Counted from the stretch's first letter, positions 50,278 through 63,150 are shown. The stretch is DNA of 64,000 bases from Podarcis cretensis (GCA_951804945.1 OX638155.1:49228001-49292000); one strand, 5' to 3'. Translations and numbers: made by a program. Notes: generated from the letters alone by a model not told the origin.

Positions 50278-51647
50278 TATTATGATTATTCAGGTCTCTG
50301 TGGTTTAATACTAAATGTCAGCCTGTCAGTGGAAGTTGAAGGAGGTGCAAAGTCGATAATGACATGCTATAACGAAAATTCTTCAAGGTGTTGCCACTCT
50401 GGAAAGGACAGAAGTAATTAAGAGATAATTGTCAATAGAATAGAAGTGTCTCACAAGAAGGTGGTCTCCTGCTAGTAAGAGAATCTCTAGAGCGCCTGGG
50501 GCATTAATGGGAAATAAATGCTACGACAAGGCCAAGACTTTTGCTTTCAGATAGCTGAACAGCGCACTGATCCTGTGCTCTATTATTCTGAGCCATCAAT
50601 GGCAATTTGCTATTTGATACTTTCACCACTCATGCTTACATGGTAAGGTTGCTGCATTTTCAGGGTCTCAAAAATGACTAACTCTGTGGCTCTTTGGTCT
50701 GTTTCTGAAATACATCCAACATTTTATATGTACACTAACCCCACCCCCCCCACCCCATACAAAGAAAGGAGATAATCTTGTTGTACTTGGCCTGTTGAAC
50801 TCTAGGGGTTAATTTAGTTATGACAAATTTAAGCCCCCTTGAATTCAGTAGGATCTAAGTGTACTTAACTTCCTCTGGACTGTGGATACAAGTTTTGAAC
50901 AGCCATTTGTTGGTTGTTTCAGGGACACACTTCAACTGCATCAAAGTTCATTAGAGATTTTTCTCATTCACTCAAAGACACAGTTTGAAGTACAATAACC
51001 TATTCAGATTTTTGCCCTAAGAATGGGGAGGACATTTGGAATTTCCAAAGTTCCTCTGAAATTAAAAGCTAGGATGGGGGGGGGATATGTGTGGTGACTA
51101 ACCTCAGCTCCTTTTTTCCTCAATGTGCCTTTGAGTATGACTTAGTTGGATATTACTCCATGTTTTTAAATTTATCTCACTGGAATGAAATAGCTATCTA
51201 GAACGAAAGAGTATCTCAGAAAGCGCTCCCAAATGCGTGTGTACTGCAGTATAGAAATATGAGCAAGACTGATCAGCTGTATGACATGACTGGCACCCTT
51301 TCATATTTAAATTATGTTGGTAAGAAGTGATGGCCTTTCATGAGTGCTACCCTGTATTCAAAACATTTTTCTTTGCTTCAAAATAAATTATCATCTTCCC
51401 TTCATGCCCATTCACATTTTGACTGTCGGCAACTGGCTAAGAAACCATGACACATAATAACTGGCGAGACATACTACTGTATCTGTCCTGCAAAGAGCTT
51501 GTGCTTTAACTTGCTGAAGAACAAGGAATAAACTTCTCAGACCGCTCCATGTTGCAAGGGCAGCAGTGACCATACTACACAATACAGAGAGCACTGAACT
51601 ATGTTAGACTTAAGAAAAGTAATGGAGCCAGAGTGACTGGACAATTG

Positions 51648-51855
51648 AGAGCCAATGAGATACAGTGGTTAGAGTTGAGGACTAAGACTAGAAAGACCCA
51701 GGTTCAAATCCCTGATCAGTCGTCACATTGACTGGAGGACATTGGCCTAGTTACAATCTCTTAGTCTAATCTACTCCATAGGGTATTTTGAAAGGATAAA
51801 GTGTGGCAGTGGAGGGGAGGGAATCATGTATCCCACCTTGAGATCCTTGGGAGGG
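51648..51855 (+). mobile_element. MIR-like CORE-type SINE
   Basis: CAGTGGTTAGAG A box, GACCCAGGTTCAAATCC B box, and a core complementary to the 6715 copy. Confidence 0.7.
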
Positions 51856-52399
51856 GGGGAATCCCTTCCCATCCTCAAATATGGCAGGCAGCCAAACGTA
51901 GATCCAAAGAATGATGCCCATTCACTGGAAATTGCAGGGTAGAAAACCAAATCAAGAATGAATTTTCGCTTATGTGCCTGCCCACATGTTAGTCAATTTC
52001 AGCATTTTTTCCCTGTGTGCACAGATACCTGGTTAAGGAGGCAGACCCATCTCTATATGGATAGCAGTACCAGAGATGGAAAGCTCTACTTTTTCTATGT
52101 ACCGGGGTCTATATTTAGCCTTTGAATTATAGCTTTCTATGATCTGTGGCCAATTCAGCTATAGCAAGTATCTTTACAAGCATCAGGGATCCCTGTCCAT
52201 CAATGCTAGCTTGTCTGACAGTTTCTTATCCCATTATTTATGTTTACTGCAATTGTTTGGCCATCTGAGGTTGTCATGCTCCATCACAAATGACAGTGGC
52301 CCATAACTCCTCTTGGGAGATTTTAGCATTCTTGAAGAGCGGATGTATCTGAAATTTCAGAGCTGTAGTCCATCATTCCGTAGCCAAGGGACAGTCAAT

Positions 52400-52570
52400 C
52401 TGAGACCCTTATGCAGCTTCTTCCCCATTATCAAGCTGTTTGATATTCCAGCCTTGGAATAGCACTAGTTGCCAGCTTTCAACATGGCATTTAACTACTG
52501 AGACAAATTGATGACTGAAACAATTCAAACTGAATCGAGACAAGACTGAAATAATGATGATCAGCAGGTC
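52400..52570 (+). mobile_element. Ancient L2 RT remnant
   Basis: TTCAAACTGAATCGAGACAAGACTGAAATAATG encodes FKLNRDKTEIM (cf. LRLNPDKTEV). Confidence 0.5.
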
Positions 52571-53339
52571 TTCTGAGGTGTGTGTGAGTTTATGGAAAGG
52601 TAAGGCCACTTTGTACCAAAGGTACACTTCTCTAGTCACTCAGGCTCACAGCAATAGATGTGAGGATGCTTGGATTCATATCTCTGTGTTGTGTGAGCAG
52701 GCATATTTACCATACAAGACTTAAACCACTGGAAATGAGGATTTGAACTGGTGTGGTCTATCACAGCTGTTCTACATGAGTGTGCATTCAAACCACACTT
52801 TCCCCATGTGACAGACTTACTTTGTGACAGTTGCATTGCATGGGAGGACACAGGGACAGTTGCCCCGGGCCCAAAATTGTTAGGGACACAAAATTTTAAC
52901 AGCTAGTGTTGCCTCAATACAGCTATGTGCTTCCGTTGCTGAGCTCCATTGAAAATGGCTTCTCCATGTGAAGAAGGAAGTGACTTCTCTAGACAACAGA
53001 ACAACTCTTCTTTTGTTATCTCTGTGGCTGCAATCTCCTAGGTGATGAAGATGCCATTGGGCAATTGAATGTACATGCGTACTGCATCCATTTCCCTCCC
53101 TCCATAAGGCCCTGGGCACTGGCAATCCACACTATGCCACTGCTTTGTGGTCATTCTTCCATGTCAACAATTAATCTGTGAAGCCATCCTGATGTGCCAA
53201 AGAAAGAGCAGAGTGACTCCAAATGTAAACACAGTTTCTAAGGAGGCATTCAGTCATGTTCTGGCCCTTAGAAGTTACGATCTTCCTGAAAATATCTCAT
53301 GCCTCTGCATATGTGAGTGATCTCACCTTGCTTGCTTGA

Positions 53340-53498
53340 ATTGGGGTTGCCATATTCTGAAGAACTAAAAATTGGGGTTGCCATATTTTGAAGAGCTAAA
53401 AAGAGGACATATTTGTTGACTTAACTATGGATTGCTATGACAACTCTACCCATGAAAAAGAGGATGTGCCCTGGAAAAAGAGGACATATGGCAACCCT
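53340..53498. mobile_element. Small MITE with a duplicated left terminus
   Basis: GGGTTGCCATAT (twice) / ATATGGCAACCC; internal AAAAAGAGGA repeats. Confidence 0.8.
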
Positions 53499-53587
53499 CC
53501 AATTTTGTTTTCTCACTGACATATAAGGCTTCCTTGTGGAGGGAGAATTTGACATAGGACACATTCAAACATGAGCCCTTCACTACA

Positions 53588-53705
53588 CCAGCTTTTGCCA
53601 GCCTGATGTTCTCAGCTACAACTCCCATCAGTCCCAGCCAGCATAGCCAGGCTGCTTAGTGCTGGTGGGAGTTGTAGTCCAAAACATTTGGAGGGCATCA
53701 GGTCA
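53588..53705. mobile_element. Palindromic MITE (12474-type)
   Basis: CTACAACTCCCATCAG..GGTGGGAGTTGTAG. Confidence 0.75.
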
Positions 53706-54863
53706 AAGAAACATGAACACCTGCCTGTTTGAATCAGTGCTTCCAAATGCCAAGCAGCTGCTGAGACAATTATTTGAGCTAACAGCAGCTGAGGATGGAG
53801 GATTTTCATCAAGACCAGGTAAGAGATGAAAGGGTACTGTGTACTGTGGTCCCAATGAATTGTGTGTGTGTGTGCATATGCACACACCTTTTATTAACTA
53901 TTTTTTTAGAAGCAGATGCATCAGCAAGTGATGTGCTTATTTGCTCTCACATCTATCTTGGCCATTAGCAGATGCCATTATCAAGCTGCTTCAGAGATGT
54001 CACCCTGCGACTTCTAATCTACAAGACTGTTTAGCTCCCTGTTTATATTTGTCAATATTTCTCCTTCACCTTCCACTTGCTACTTGTTTTCTGCAAACGG
54101 GGACTCCTTCAAACACTACAGCTTGCATTTCACTTCAGCTCCATTAATAAACCACAGTCTAATACTGTCTTTGTAAATGGTATCGTCTCTAAAAGGCTCC
54201 TTTGCTTCTCAAAGGCCTCACTAAGCACAGATTGCCTATGATTCACTGGAAACTCCAAGCTTTAGAAGTACTGCCGAGAAAGTCTACAGAAGACAGAGGC
54301 AATGAGTTGCAAGAATGCCAGAACCCCTTCTCCCATCTTGCTTGATGTTTGCAAATGTGGGACTGAACCAGACATTTCCTGCCTGCTCTCTGTGTCAGTT
54401 TACTGGGAAATGAGCTGGTGTTTATAGAACCATGTCAATGCCACAGAGATTTCACAAAATCAGCTATAATGAAATCAACTGAAACCTTTCCCACAGACCA
54501 TGTATATCAGGCTCACAGCTTCAAGCTGATGGATAAGAGTTTTAACTCTAAGAAGTAATACTTTTAAGATGAGTATTTCATGCCAATGGTGGATGCTGGG
54601 AAAGAAGAAAGTGTATATGTGCGGAGAGGGGTTTACTTTTCTACAGAGGTTTTATTAAAAAGAAGGGAAAAAAGAAATTCCATCAATACTTGATGTATAT
54701 GTTAATCAGGAAGGGAGTGGGGTGGATGAATCTCTCCCCCCCCCCCATTTTCTTCTAAAACAAAAGCAATCTTATTACATCTTGCATTATTTCTTTTCCT
54801 GCATGCAGAAAAATCCAAGTAGGGAAAAAACACCCACTCATTTCTCCTTCTACAGTTTGTTTG

Positions 54864-54867
<4 letters not shown>

Positions 54868-54908
<41 letters not shown>
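54868..54908. repeat. (TG)n microsatellite
   Basis: Seen directly. Confidence 0.95.
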
Positions 54909-54912
<4 letters not shown>

Positions 54913-55659
54913 GTATATGTGAACATTAAAGGTGATCAAAAGGTATGCAATTATTAACAGTGCTGGTCATTCAGTGACATCAGTGAGTTTTATGCAGCTG
55001 TACAAAAAATATTATTTCTGCTTAATCAACTGGTAACCTGATCCAAAGTGTGACTAAGTTGGATTCAACACATACCCATCGAATTCCAGAATGATGGCTC
55101 AATGCTTGTTTATGCTGAAGGACTAGCTGGAGAATGTATCATGAGCCAGATGGCCATTACTAATTTAGCTAGTTGCATGTGCTTATAATCAACACAGATT
55201 GTACATAGGTTGCATTGCTGCAGATGAAAACCTGTACCTAGTGGACATGTTGTATAACTTATGTTATTCACTCAGTGGTTCATAGTGCATTTCATTTTTA
55301 GATAAGCATTACTGGCTTTGCTGGAGGATGGAGAAATTCCATCTCCATGAGATTTACAAGCTGGCTGAAAATAGCCTAAAATCATGGGACTATTTCTTGG
55401 CCAGGAGAGGCGCAAAACGTAATATACAGGACATCATCGTGATAAAGTCAAGTATATTTGATTCCCATTGCTTCCAGGTGGATAGTTAATCACATCACTC
55501 TCCCACTGAAATCAACACACCTTAATAGTGGCTGGATTAAGCCCAGAATAAAACTGTGTGAGTGGATTTATGCTGTTGGACATGTTTTCAAACAAAAGCC
55601 ACTGCCACAGCTCAAACCTGGCAGAGCAAGAAAAGACAGTGTTGTGAGGCATAGAATGT

Positions 55660-55770
55660 CTCAGAAGTCGAACGTTTCGGCTTTTGAATGCCAAAAACCC
55701 AGAAGTAACTGCTTTGGTTTTCAAACGATTTTTGGAAGCCAAATGTGCTACGCGGCTTCCATTTTGAGTT
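55660..55770. mobile_element. Internal fragment related to the 5476 Tigger-like MITE
   Basis: AAACCCAGAAGTAA..TTTTTGGAAGCCAAA matches 5535-5585. Confidence 0.6.
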
Positions 55771-56309
55771 TCCCTATTGTACACACACCCACACCCACAC
55801 CTCTCTCTATATATGTACCGTTAATTGAAGGTTCAAGCTGCACATCATGGGTTAATCAACTGCCAAAGTCACAGAGAAAAACAAAGGAAGGCCCAAGCTC
55901 AAAATGCAGAAAATATCACAAGGCTTTGAGAGGGGTGGGGAGCGAAGCAACAAGGCAAACAGAATTTCCACTATTGTCAGCTCACACAGGTGACCTGCCA
56001 CAATCAGGTGCCCTGTTGGTGTTCTTTAAAGGTCAAATAAAATTGTATTGAAAGCCACATGGAGATCATTTAAAGTAGTGATTTAAACTAGCAGGGTTCC
56101 TTTTGGAGGCAGTGCCCTGACAATGTTTCACTGTGGTTTTTAATCAGCCTTAATTTGTTTAATGCTAGTATTTGGAATGACTCTGCTTGGAAGCTTTAAT
56201 AGTGAAATGTTCTGCTATTCATGGTTTACTCCATTTTTGTGGTAAGTGCTGATTTCTTATCAGTGATGCCAATACAAGGAAAATTCTATAGACCCAGCTT
56301 CTTCATTGT

Positions 56310-56318
<9 letters not shown>

Positions 56319-56363
<45 letters not shown>
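56319..56363. repeat. (TA)n microsatellite
   Basis: Seen directly. Confidence 0.95.
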
Positions 56364-56368
<5 letters not shown>

Positions 56369-57435
56369 CCTTTTAAAGACAGTTACAGATTTTTAGACCA
56401 TTCTGCGGTGTGGAGTGAAAGACGGAGAAGTTCTCCGTCTTAACAGTCTAAGTATTCTCAGAACCAAACCTAACCATAGTAGATAGCCATGTGGCAAGAC
56501 AAGTTGAAATGAGAAGACAGCACATATTCAGACCCTTAGTATGAAAGACCTCCGATTCAACAGAATGGAACGTCTTCTACTACAGCATAATAAAAGAATG
56601 CAACCTGACCTTTTTCAATGACTGTTCTTTTGTTGTGTGGCTGGAAGTGGGCTCTCTGAAGCTTCTGCAGCAGGACCATCATCACATCTGCTCTTAACAA
56701 AACTCCAGCTAAGGACTAAGAGGACTAACAGCCAGGAATGGCACATCACATTAATTAGCCAGGAATTGTAGCCAGCTGAACAAAACCCTGCACCTTTTCA
56801 CAATGAAGCCCTTTCAATACATTTCATTCAGCATTCCCCTAGCCAGCATTTTCTCTGCTGTCATGGCTTACAATGTTTTCCTTCATTGGCTTTAGTCAAC
56901 ATAAGGCTGACTCACCAACAAGCCTGATCAAAGTGCAGATGCTCTCTATTGGCTCACAATGGGACAAATATGAGCTACATACTGTGGGCTCAAACACTCA
57001 TCGAATATCCCATTTACCTTGAAATGAAGGAAGATTCTTCCTATTCCAAGACCCCCGAAGCACATTGCCTTTGCCTTGGCTGATCCATCTCACACCATAA
57101 GTGACTACATGGAGGTAAAGTTAGAGGCCAGTGTCTGGAAAGTTTGGTGGGCTCTCATGCAGGAAGAAGGAAGGTTTTGTTCCATTAGCAATGGCCTGTT
57201 TTCTTTCCAGCTCCAATAGGTAGTCGGCAGCAGACAGAATACTGCTCAGGAACCTGATGCCACTGAGGCAGCCAAATTGGTCAGAGACAAGGCAAAATGA
57301 ACACAAAGACCAACAGCCTTGCTGAGCAGATGCAATCCTAGTAACAACCCCAGCCAGAGTTTCTTATTAAGTGATTCCTGTAAGGACCAGAGCCAGTTGT
57401 TAAGAGAGGGTAGAACTCATTAAAGTATAATCTGA

Positions 57436-57612
57436 GGCCGGCCCTACCATTAGGCAGAGTGAAGTTATCACCTAAAGAGTTTAGATGCCATCGAAAGGCG
57501 GCAAATGGATAGTTACTTAATATACTTATTGTTGGTACTTTTACTGCCAGGGAAGAGGCAAGGCTCTTGTGAGATTTTCTGCCTCAAGGGCCACAATTGC
57601 TTGGCAGGCCTT
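57436..57612. mobile_element. hAT-like MITE (same family as 59003)
   Basis: GGCCGGCCCTACCATTAGGCAGAGTGA..GAGATTTTCTGCCTCA..GGCC. Confidence 0.65.
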
Positions 57613-59002
57613 TGGTACAATGGGAACCTTGACTTGGAGGCAGGTGGGTTGCCATTTGCTGCTTTGCCTCAGAGAGCAAAATGTATTGGGGCAGCCCTGT
57701 TATTGTCATATGATAGGGGAAAATATAGGCAGTGACACAAATGAGGTTTGTTTTACAAAAACTTCACCCCCATTATTTTTTTTACTATCAGGATAAAAAC
57801 AGCCCCAGGGTCTCCTCTAGGATGGTTGTATCCCAACTGACACACTCAAAAGGTTTTGGATTATAAATGCCATCACCCCTGATCGTGCTCATGCTGTCTG
57901 GGGCTGATAGGAGTTTGGAGTCCAGATCATTCGGCTGGAACCAACCTGCAGTGCCTCTCAGGTCACCAGGGCCAAGTGGCTATCTGGCTAAATCTCGATC
58001 TTTTGTATCTACTATATTATAGTCTTCCAAATAAGAATAGGTGTGCTCATTTCAGAAGGCCTTGAAGTGACGCTGTGCAGCACTTGAATTAGATGGAGGC
58101 ACTCGGCATCCTTTCATTAGCTACCAGCAGATAAAAGTAGCACAGCAATATTAAAGGCTGAGATTAGAAGCTCGACTACCCTTAAAGGTACGAATGATTC
58201 TCTCCCCCCTGAAAAAGTAGGTCCTTTGGGGAACATTCTAATCTGTTCTGCCAAGTATTCAAAATGTTCCTTAGCTTTCACAAAGTTATTACTGTATTCC
58301 CATTATTAGCTGGGAAATTTAATTTATTCTGTGAAACAAGTTTCTCTTTTTTCTCTCTTTTTTGCCCCAGAATTGTTTGTAGTCTGAATGGTGCCTTGCA
58401 ATTCAGGCGATGATTATGTTCTGCTTAGTGACATACTTCTCAGCCCAGTAGAAGAACTTGAGTGCTAAAAGAAAGAGTGGCACAATCTAAGAAAAAGCCT
58501 TGAATGAAGTGCCAACCATGTTTCCCCTAGTAGTTCTACATCATTTAAGTTTGTCAGTAGCAGACTTAAGAGATTAAAAGCAATTTTGCAGATATTTTAT
58601 TCAGCACTGTTTATCCTGATTCTGCCTATTCAGTTTGCTTTATCAATATTTAAAATCTAAGGAGTGCTATTCTTTCAGGCCATACATGGCTTTGCTTAGA
58701 TCTTATTGCATGTATACATATATTAAATGTAAATTCCCTGTTTGAAAAGGTGTTCTGTTTTCAACACTGATAGAAGCCACACTTGCCAAACTTTTCTGAG
58801 CTGTACAGAGCAACTCTGCTGTTTCTGAAGGAATAGCAAGACACAAGTCTAATAAATAAAAGGGTGGTATTATTCAATTCAGTTTTACACTGAGTAGATC
58901 CATTCATTTCAATAGGGCTACTCTGAGTAAATGCTGAATGCCACCTATGGGGACAACAGCCAGCAGCTCTGTGTGCTTAGTGATACATACACTGGTGCTC
59001 AG

Positions 59003-59188
59003 GCAGGGCCAGCTCTAACATTAGGCAGAATGAGGAGGTGACCTCAGGCAGCTAATTTTGGATGTCATGAAATGGCAGCAATGTATTGGTTATTTAATTT
59101 GTTGTTATTATATTTTTACTGTCACAGAGTGTGGAGAAGTGCTTCTGAGATTTTCTGCCTCATGTACCAAAATCACCTGGCTGGCCTA
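59003..59188. mobile_element. hAT-like MITE (same family as 57436)
   Basis: CAGGGCCAGCTCTAACATTAGGCAGAATGA..GAGATTTTCTGCCTCA..GCTGGCCT. Confidence 0.65.
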
Positions 59189-59633
59189 TGTTACTATGTA
59201 CTTTGACGAAGGTAGATGGGGAAGACCAATTGATGCTCTGTCCCTAGAAGCAAAATGTCTTGAGCCATTTCTATATACACGTTATCATCTATAGTTGGGA
59301 TGTCCAGTGGAATGTTCCACGCAACAGAAGGGAGATGCTTAATGAGCATGTTAAATATTATTAAAGATGCTGTTGAAAATGTGTAGATGCCATGTAGATT
59401 TCACTGGGGAGAATTGTGTAGACTAAGAAGAAAAATGCCTCTAGGACAGAAGTAAATTGGGGATCAAGAATGCGAGGTGACAGGGAATAGTTACTGGTGA
59501 CAAGAATCTACTGTTACAACTTAATTTAGTATGTGGCCAAATTTTCAGATGTCTGACATTTCTGACATTCAGTTCCACAGTTTTTGCTGAATAATCTGGA
59601 AGCATGATGTGTTGGAGGCTGTGTGTGTACAGA

Positions 59634-59639
59634 CACACA

Positions 59640-59705
<66 letters not shown>
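59634..59705. repeat. Compound (CA)n(GA)n microsatellite
   Basis: Seen directly. Confidence 0.95.
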
Positions 59706-59708
<3 letters not shown>

Positions 59709-59834
59709 CACTGTGGTATTTTACTTATGTTATACAAAGCCCATGCCAAACATATCCCCACTTGGAAAATGTAATTGAAAGGTTGCCAACTATTTAAACA
59801 CCCATAGAGAAGTGTGGCCCTTTTGGCAAGATAA

Positions 59835-59972
59835 TAGAAACATAGAATTGTAGAGTTGGAAGGAACCACAGTAGTCAAATCGTTCAACTAACCCAACCCC
59901 CTGCAATGCAGGAATCTTTTGCCCAGCGTGGAGCTTGAACCCACAACCCTGAGATTAAAAGTCTCCTGCTCC
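59835..59972 (-). mobile_element. tRNA-Lys-derived SINE with CR1-type tail
   Basis: Reverse complement GAGCAGGAGACTTTTAATCTCAGGGTTGTGGGTTCAAGCTCCACGCTGGGC resembles tRNA-Lys, followed by ATTCCTGCATTGCAGGGGGTT..TTCCAACTCTACAATTCTATG. Confidence 0.85.
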
Positions 59973-61065
59973 TGATCCATGATGACAGCAAAGTGTGTGC
60001 ATGGATATCACAACATGCCACTTTGGTAGTAAGAAAACAAAGTTCATTGTCAGTCAGGCTGAATTCTTGTGATGGCAATAATTCATGTAATTTAGCTAGG
60101 TGTGAGGAGTGAAGAACAGTCAACCAGACAAGAAAAAACAGTTTTTAATCACATGGTTATCAGCGCAGGTAAAATTGGAAGTATCGCTATAACAATGTCC
60201 ACATTACAATGCAGCTAGACCAGAATCCAATTTCTTTCTTTCTTATGAGGAAAGCACTGCCCTGAAATCATACATACGTTTATGTAAATGTTTACGTGGG
60301 TTAACAAGTAAATATATGATATGTTTTTCTACAGCAAAGCAGCGAGATTAAATTGCACAACGTTGCTATAGGTATCTATTTGACCCTAATAGAAATAAAT
60401 AGAAGAACATGAAACTTGGCACGTTCAAGGCATTAGATGTCTAAATTATCCCCAAACATGGCGAAAGCACACATTTAACAAGAAAACTGCCTTATGCTCA
60501 TGCAGCAGTTAAGCTAAGGAGGTATTAACCCTTCAGTATTGATTTTTTGTTCATAGCTCCAGGAGATTTTTATACAGGGGGAAAATAGATATATATCATT
60601 AGCCTATAAAACCCCACGTAAAGATCAGCACTGGACTCATTATAGATCTCCGCTACCTCCCTGATATATTTGTATTCCTGTACTGTAAACAGCAATCCAC
60701 TTTTTTTTTTTACATTAAATTGAATTCATAGTCAACTACATTGAGTGCCTATTTTAAAAACAGTGGCATGACTGGTGTGTTTCTGACCCCAATACCAGAT
60801 TAGTGAAGTGTTTTTCCAGTGTGGGAGGCTTAGTGTTTACTCGTAAGGGAAAGCATGTCAGAAGAGAAATATGAAAAGAAGCAGAGAAATACTGTAGCCT
60901 GGTTTGCTAAAGCCTAAAGAGAAAAGCTCTAGGTATGGAAAATTAATAAAATGAACCCCTGCCAATGTGAACCATTACCATCCCCCAAAATGTCCTCATC
61001 CCACCAACTGGCAAACTCTTGATTTATTTCCATAAGAAGTTGTAGCAAGGAAGTAAAATAGAGTA

Positions 61066-61307
61066 CAGTGGTACCTTGGGTTACAGACACTTCAGGTTAC
61101 AGACGCTTCAGGTTACAGACTCCGCTAACCCAGAAATAGTACCTCGAGTTAAGAACTTGGCTTCAGGATGAGAACAGAAATCGTGCAGTGGCAGCATGGC
61201 AGCAGTGGGAGGCCCCATTAGCTAAAGTAGTACCTCAGGTTAAGAACAGTTTCAGGTTAAGAACGGACCTTCAGAACAAGTTAAGTTCTTAACCCAAGGT
61301 ACCACTG
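61066..61307. mobile_element. Tigger/pogo-like MITE
   Basis: TIRs CAGTGGTACCTTGGGTTA / TAACCCAAGGTACCACTG, TA TSD, internal TTCAGGTTACAGAC repeats. Confidence 0.92.
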
Positions 61308-62854
61308 TAATTGTGTTGGTTGAACAGATTGAGAAGTTGTATCCATGCTTCTTTCTTAATCAGCTGTAGTGTTGGCCTTTGGGGGGCAACTGTTAAACAT
61401 GACCTGATACCAGCAAGTCTTTCAGATAGGTCCCAAACTAAATAAAATTTGAGACAGATAGCATTAGAATTCCCCCATTGTTCATATTACCCACCTATTT
61501 TGGGTGACCTTCTTATCCCCCCTTTAGTTTATGGTGATTGATTTCTGCTGTAAGCTGGTTTGGGATGCTTTGTATGAAGGACATTATATATATAATACAT
61601 ATATATATAGCCTGTAAATTACTCTCTGGCTATCATCCCCCCTTCAACTCCCACTGTTTACTGTGAACGGCATGTCAAATGACCTATTTGCTATCATAAA
61701 GGTTAACAGAAAGAGCAAGGAAACTGATTCCATCCCAGTACAATTCATGATGTTCTTTCAAAACACAATTTGCTTCCTTACCCTCCAGTTTGCACGAAAA
61801 AAGCTCTTGGACGGATGACGCTTTTGCATAATACACAGGCTGGAGAAATTGTTTCATTTCTAAATATGGAGTCAATTTGTATTGCTTCTGGCAGGCCACC
61901 ATCACTGGGGAAAACCGAGAAAGAGAGCGAGAGAAGAGGGGAACCTAGGAAATTAGCCTTTGCTTAAAATATTGGGGATGGCGAGTACACGTAAGCTCTC
62001 GCCGGTGCGCAGAGAATATTACTTTCCCCTTTGTAAATCTCAAGATACCCAATTAAAGTAAACTTCCAACATGCAAACAGTCGTCCTGCTAAATTTGCCA
62101 GAGATAAAGTGTCACATCATCAGCCAGGATAACTTTGTACCAGGCGGCAGAAGACTGTGACAAAACCTCTAATTATCTGATTAGGCTGCAAGAAAGAAGA
62201 GGACTCCTCTGCTCTATTGAATTTAGCATACGGCTGATGTAGTGCCTGCAATATTGGACGGCCTGTATTCCTCCCTCACTCTCATAAATAGGAGAGGGAA
62301 AGCAGACGGGCAAGAGATGGGCTTATCAATTATTAATGCCCACCCCACCCCAATAACACGGATGCTTTCCTTATGGTACTCTAAATAAAAACATGCCGCA
62401 GATTGCACAGGGGTGTGTGAAAGCAGGATGGGCGTCTTTCTCTGCCCTGGTCTTTTGACATGCTTTGAAGTCTCAGCACTCTTCCCTTCCCTCCCTCTCT
62501 TTCAGAGCAGTGAAAAAAAGGAGAGTTAGGGAAATTCATCAGAGAATGATAGGATGCGGAAAGAGATGCCATGCATAATTTTATAAACCCGAAAGAAAGG
62601 GGGAAAGAACGAGAAAGTCAGGAAATGTGGAAAGTACCTGAAGATTAATGAGCTTCCATCTGGGAAGTGGAGATAGCTGTGCCAAAGAAAAGCTGAAGTA
62701 GCTTAGTTGGAAGGGGAGTGTGTATCTTGGACGCGATGTGGCTTCGAGTACCCAGAGCAGAATAGGGGATTATTTCCCCCCAAAGTTATGAGCGCTCTTT
62801 CGGATGTAAGAACACAAGAAGAGCCTGCTGGCCCAACATCCTATGCTTCACAAT

Positions 62855-63095
62855 GGTCAACCAGGTGCCTGCGAGAAACCTGCAAAAAGAAACTGAGCAG
62901 AAGAGCCCTCTGCCCTCCTGAGTTTTCCAGCAACTGCTATTCAGAAACGTTGCTGCCTCCAACTGTGGAGTCAAAGCAGAGCCATCATGGGCCTTCAATA
63001 GCCTTATCCTCCAAGAATTTGTCTGATCCTCTTTTCAAGCCATCTAAGTTGGTGGTCATTACTGCCTTCTGTGAGAATGAGTCCCACCGTGTGTT
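62855..63095 (-). mobile_element. CR1 LINE 3' fragment
   Basis: ATAGCCTTATCCTCCAAGAATTTGTCTGATCCTCTTTTCAAGCCATCTAAGTTGGTGGTCAT, homologous to 30405-30470. Confidence 0.75.
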
Positions 63096-63150
63096 GAGCT
63101 GTGTTACATTTAGATCTTCTTTTCCTGAGGGTTTGGGGTTTGTTACATTA

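Noticed and set aside
55458-56051. 197-aa plus-strand ORF
   Set aside because: Starts at a non-ATG codon, crosses a MITE fragment and a CA-rich tract, and has no recognisable domain.
61078-61120. Short direct repeats (TTCAGGTTACAGAC) resembling a CRISPR-like array
   Set aside because: Subterminal repeats of the Tigger-like MITE with no unique spacers; eukaryotic DNA.
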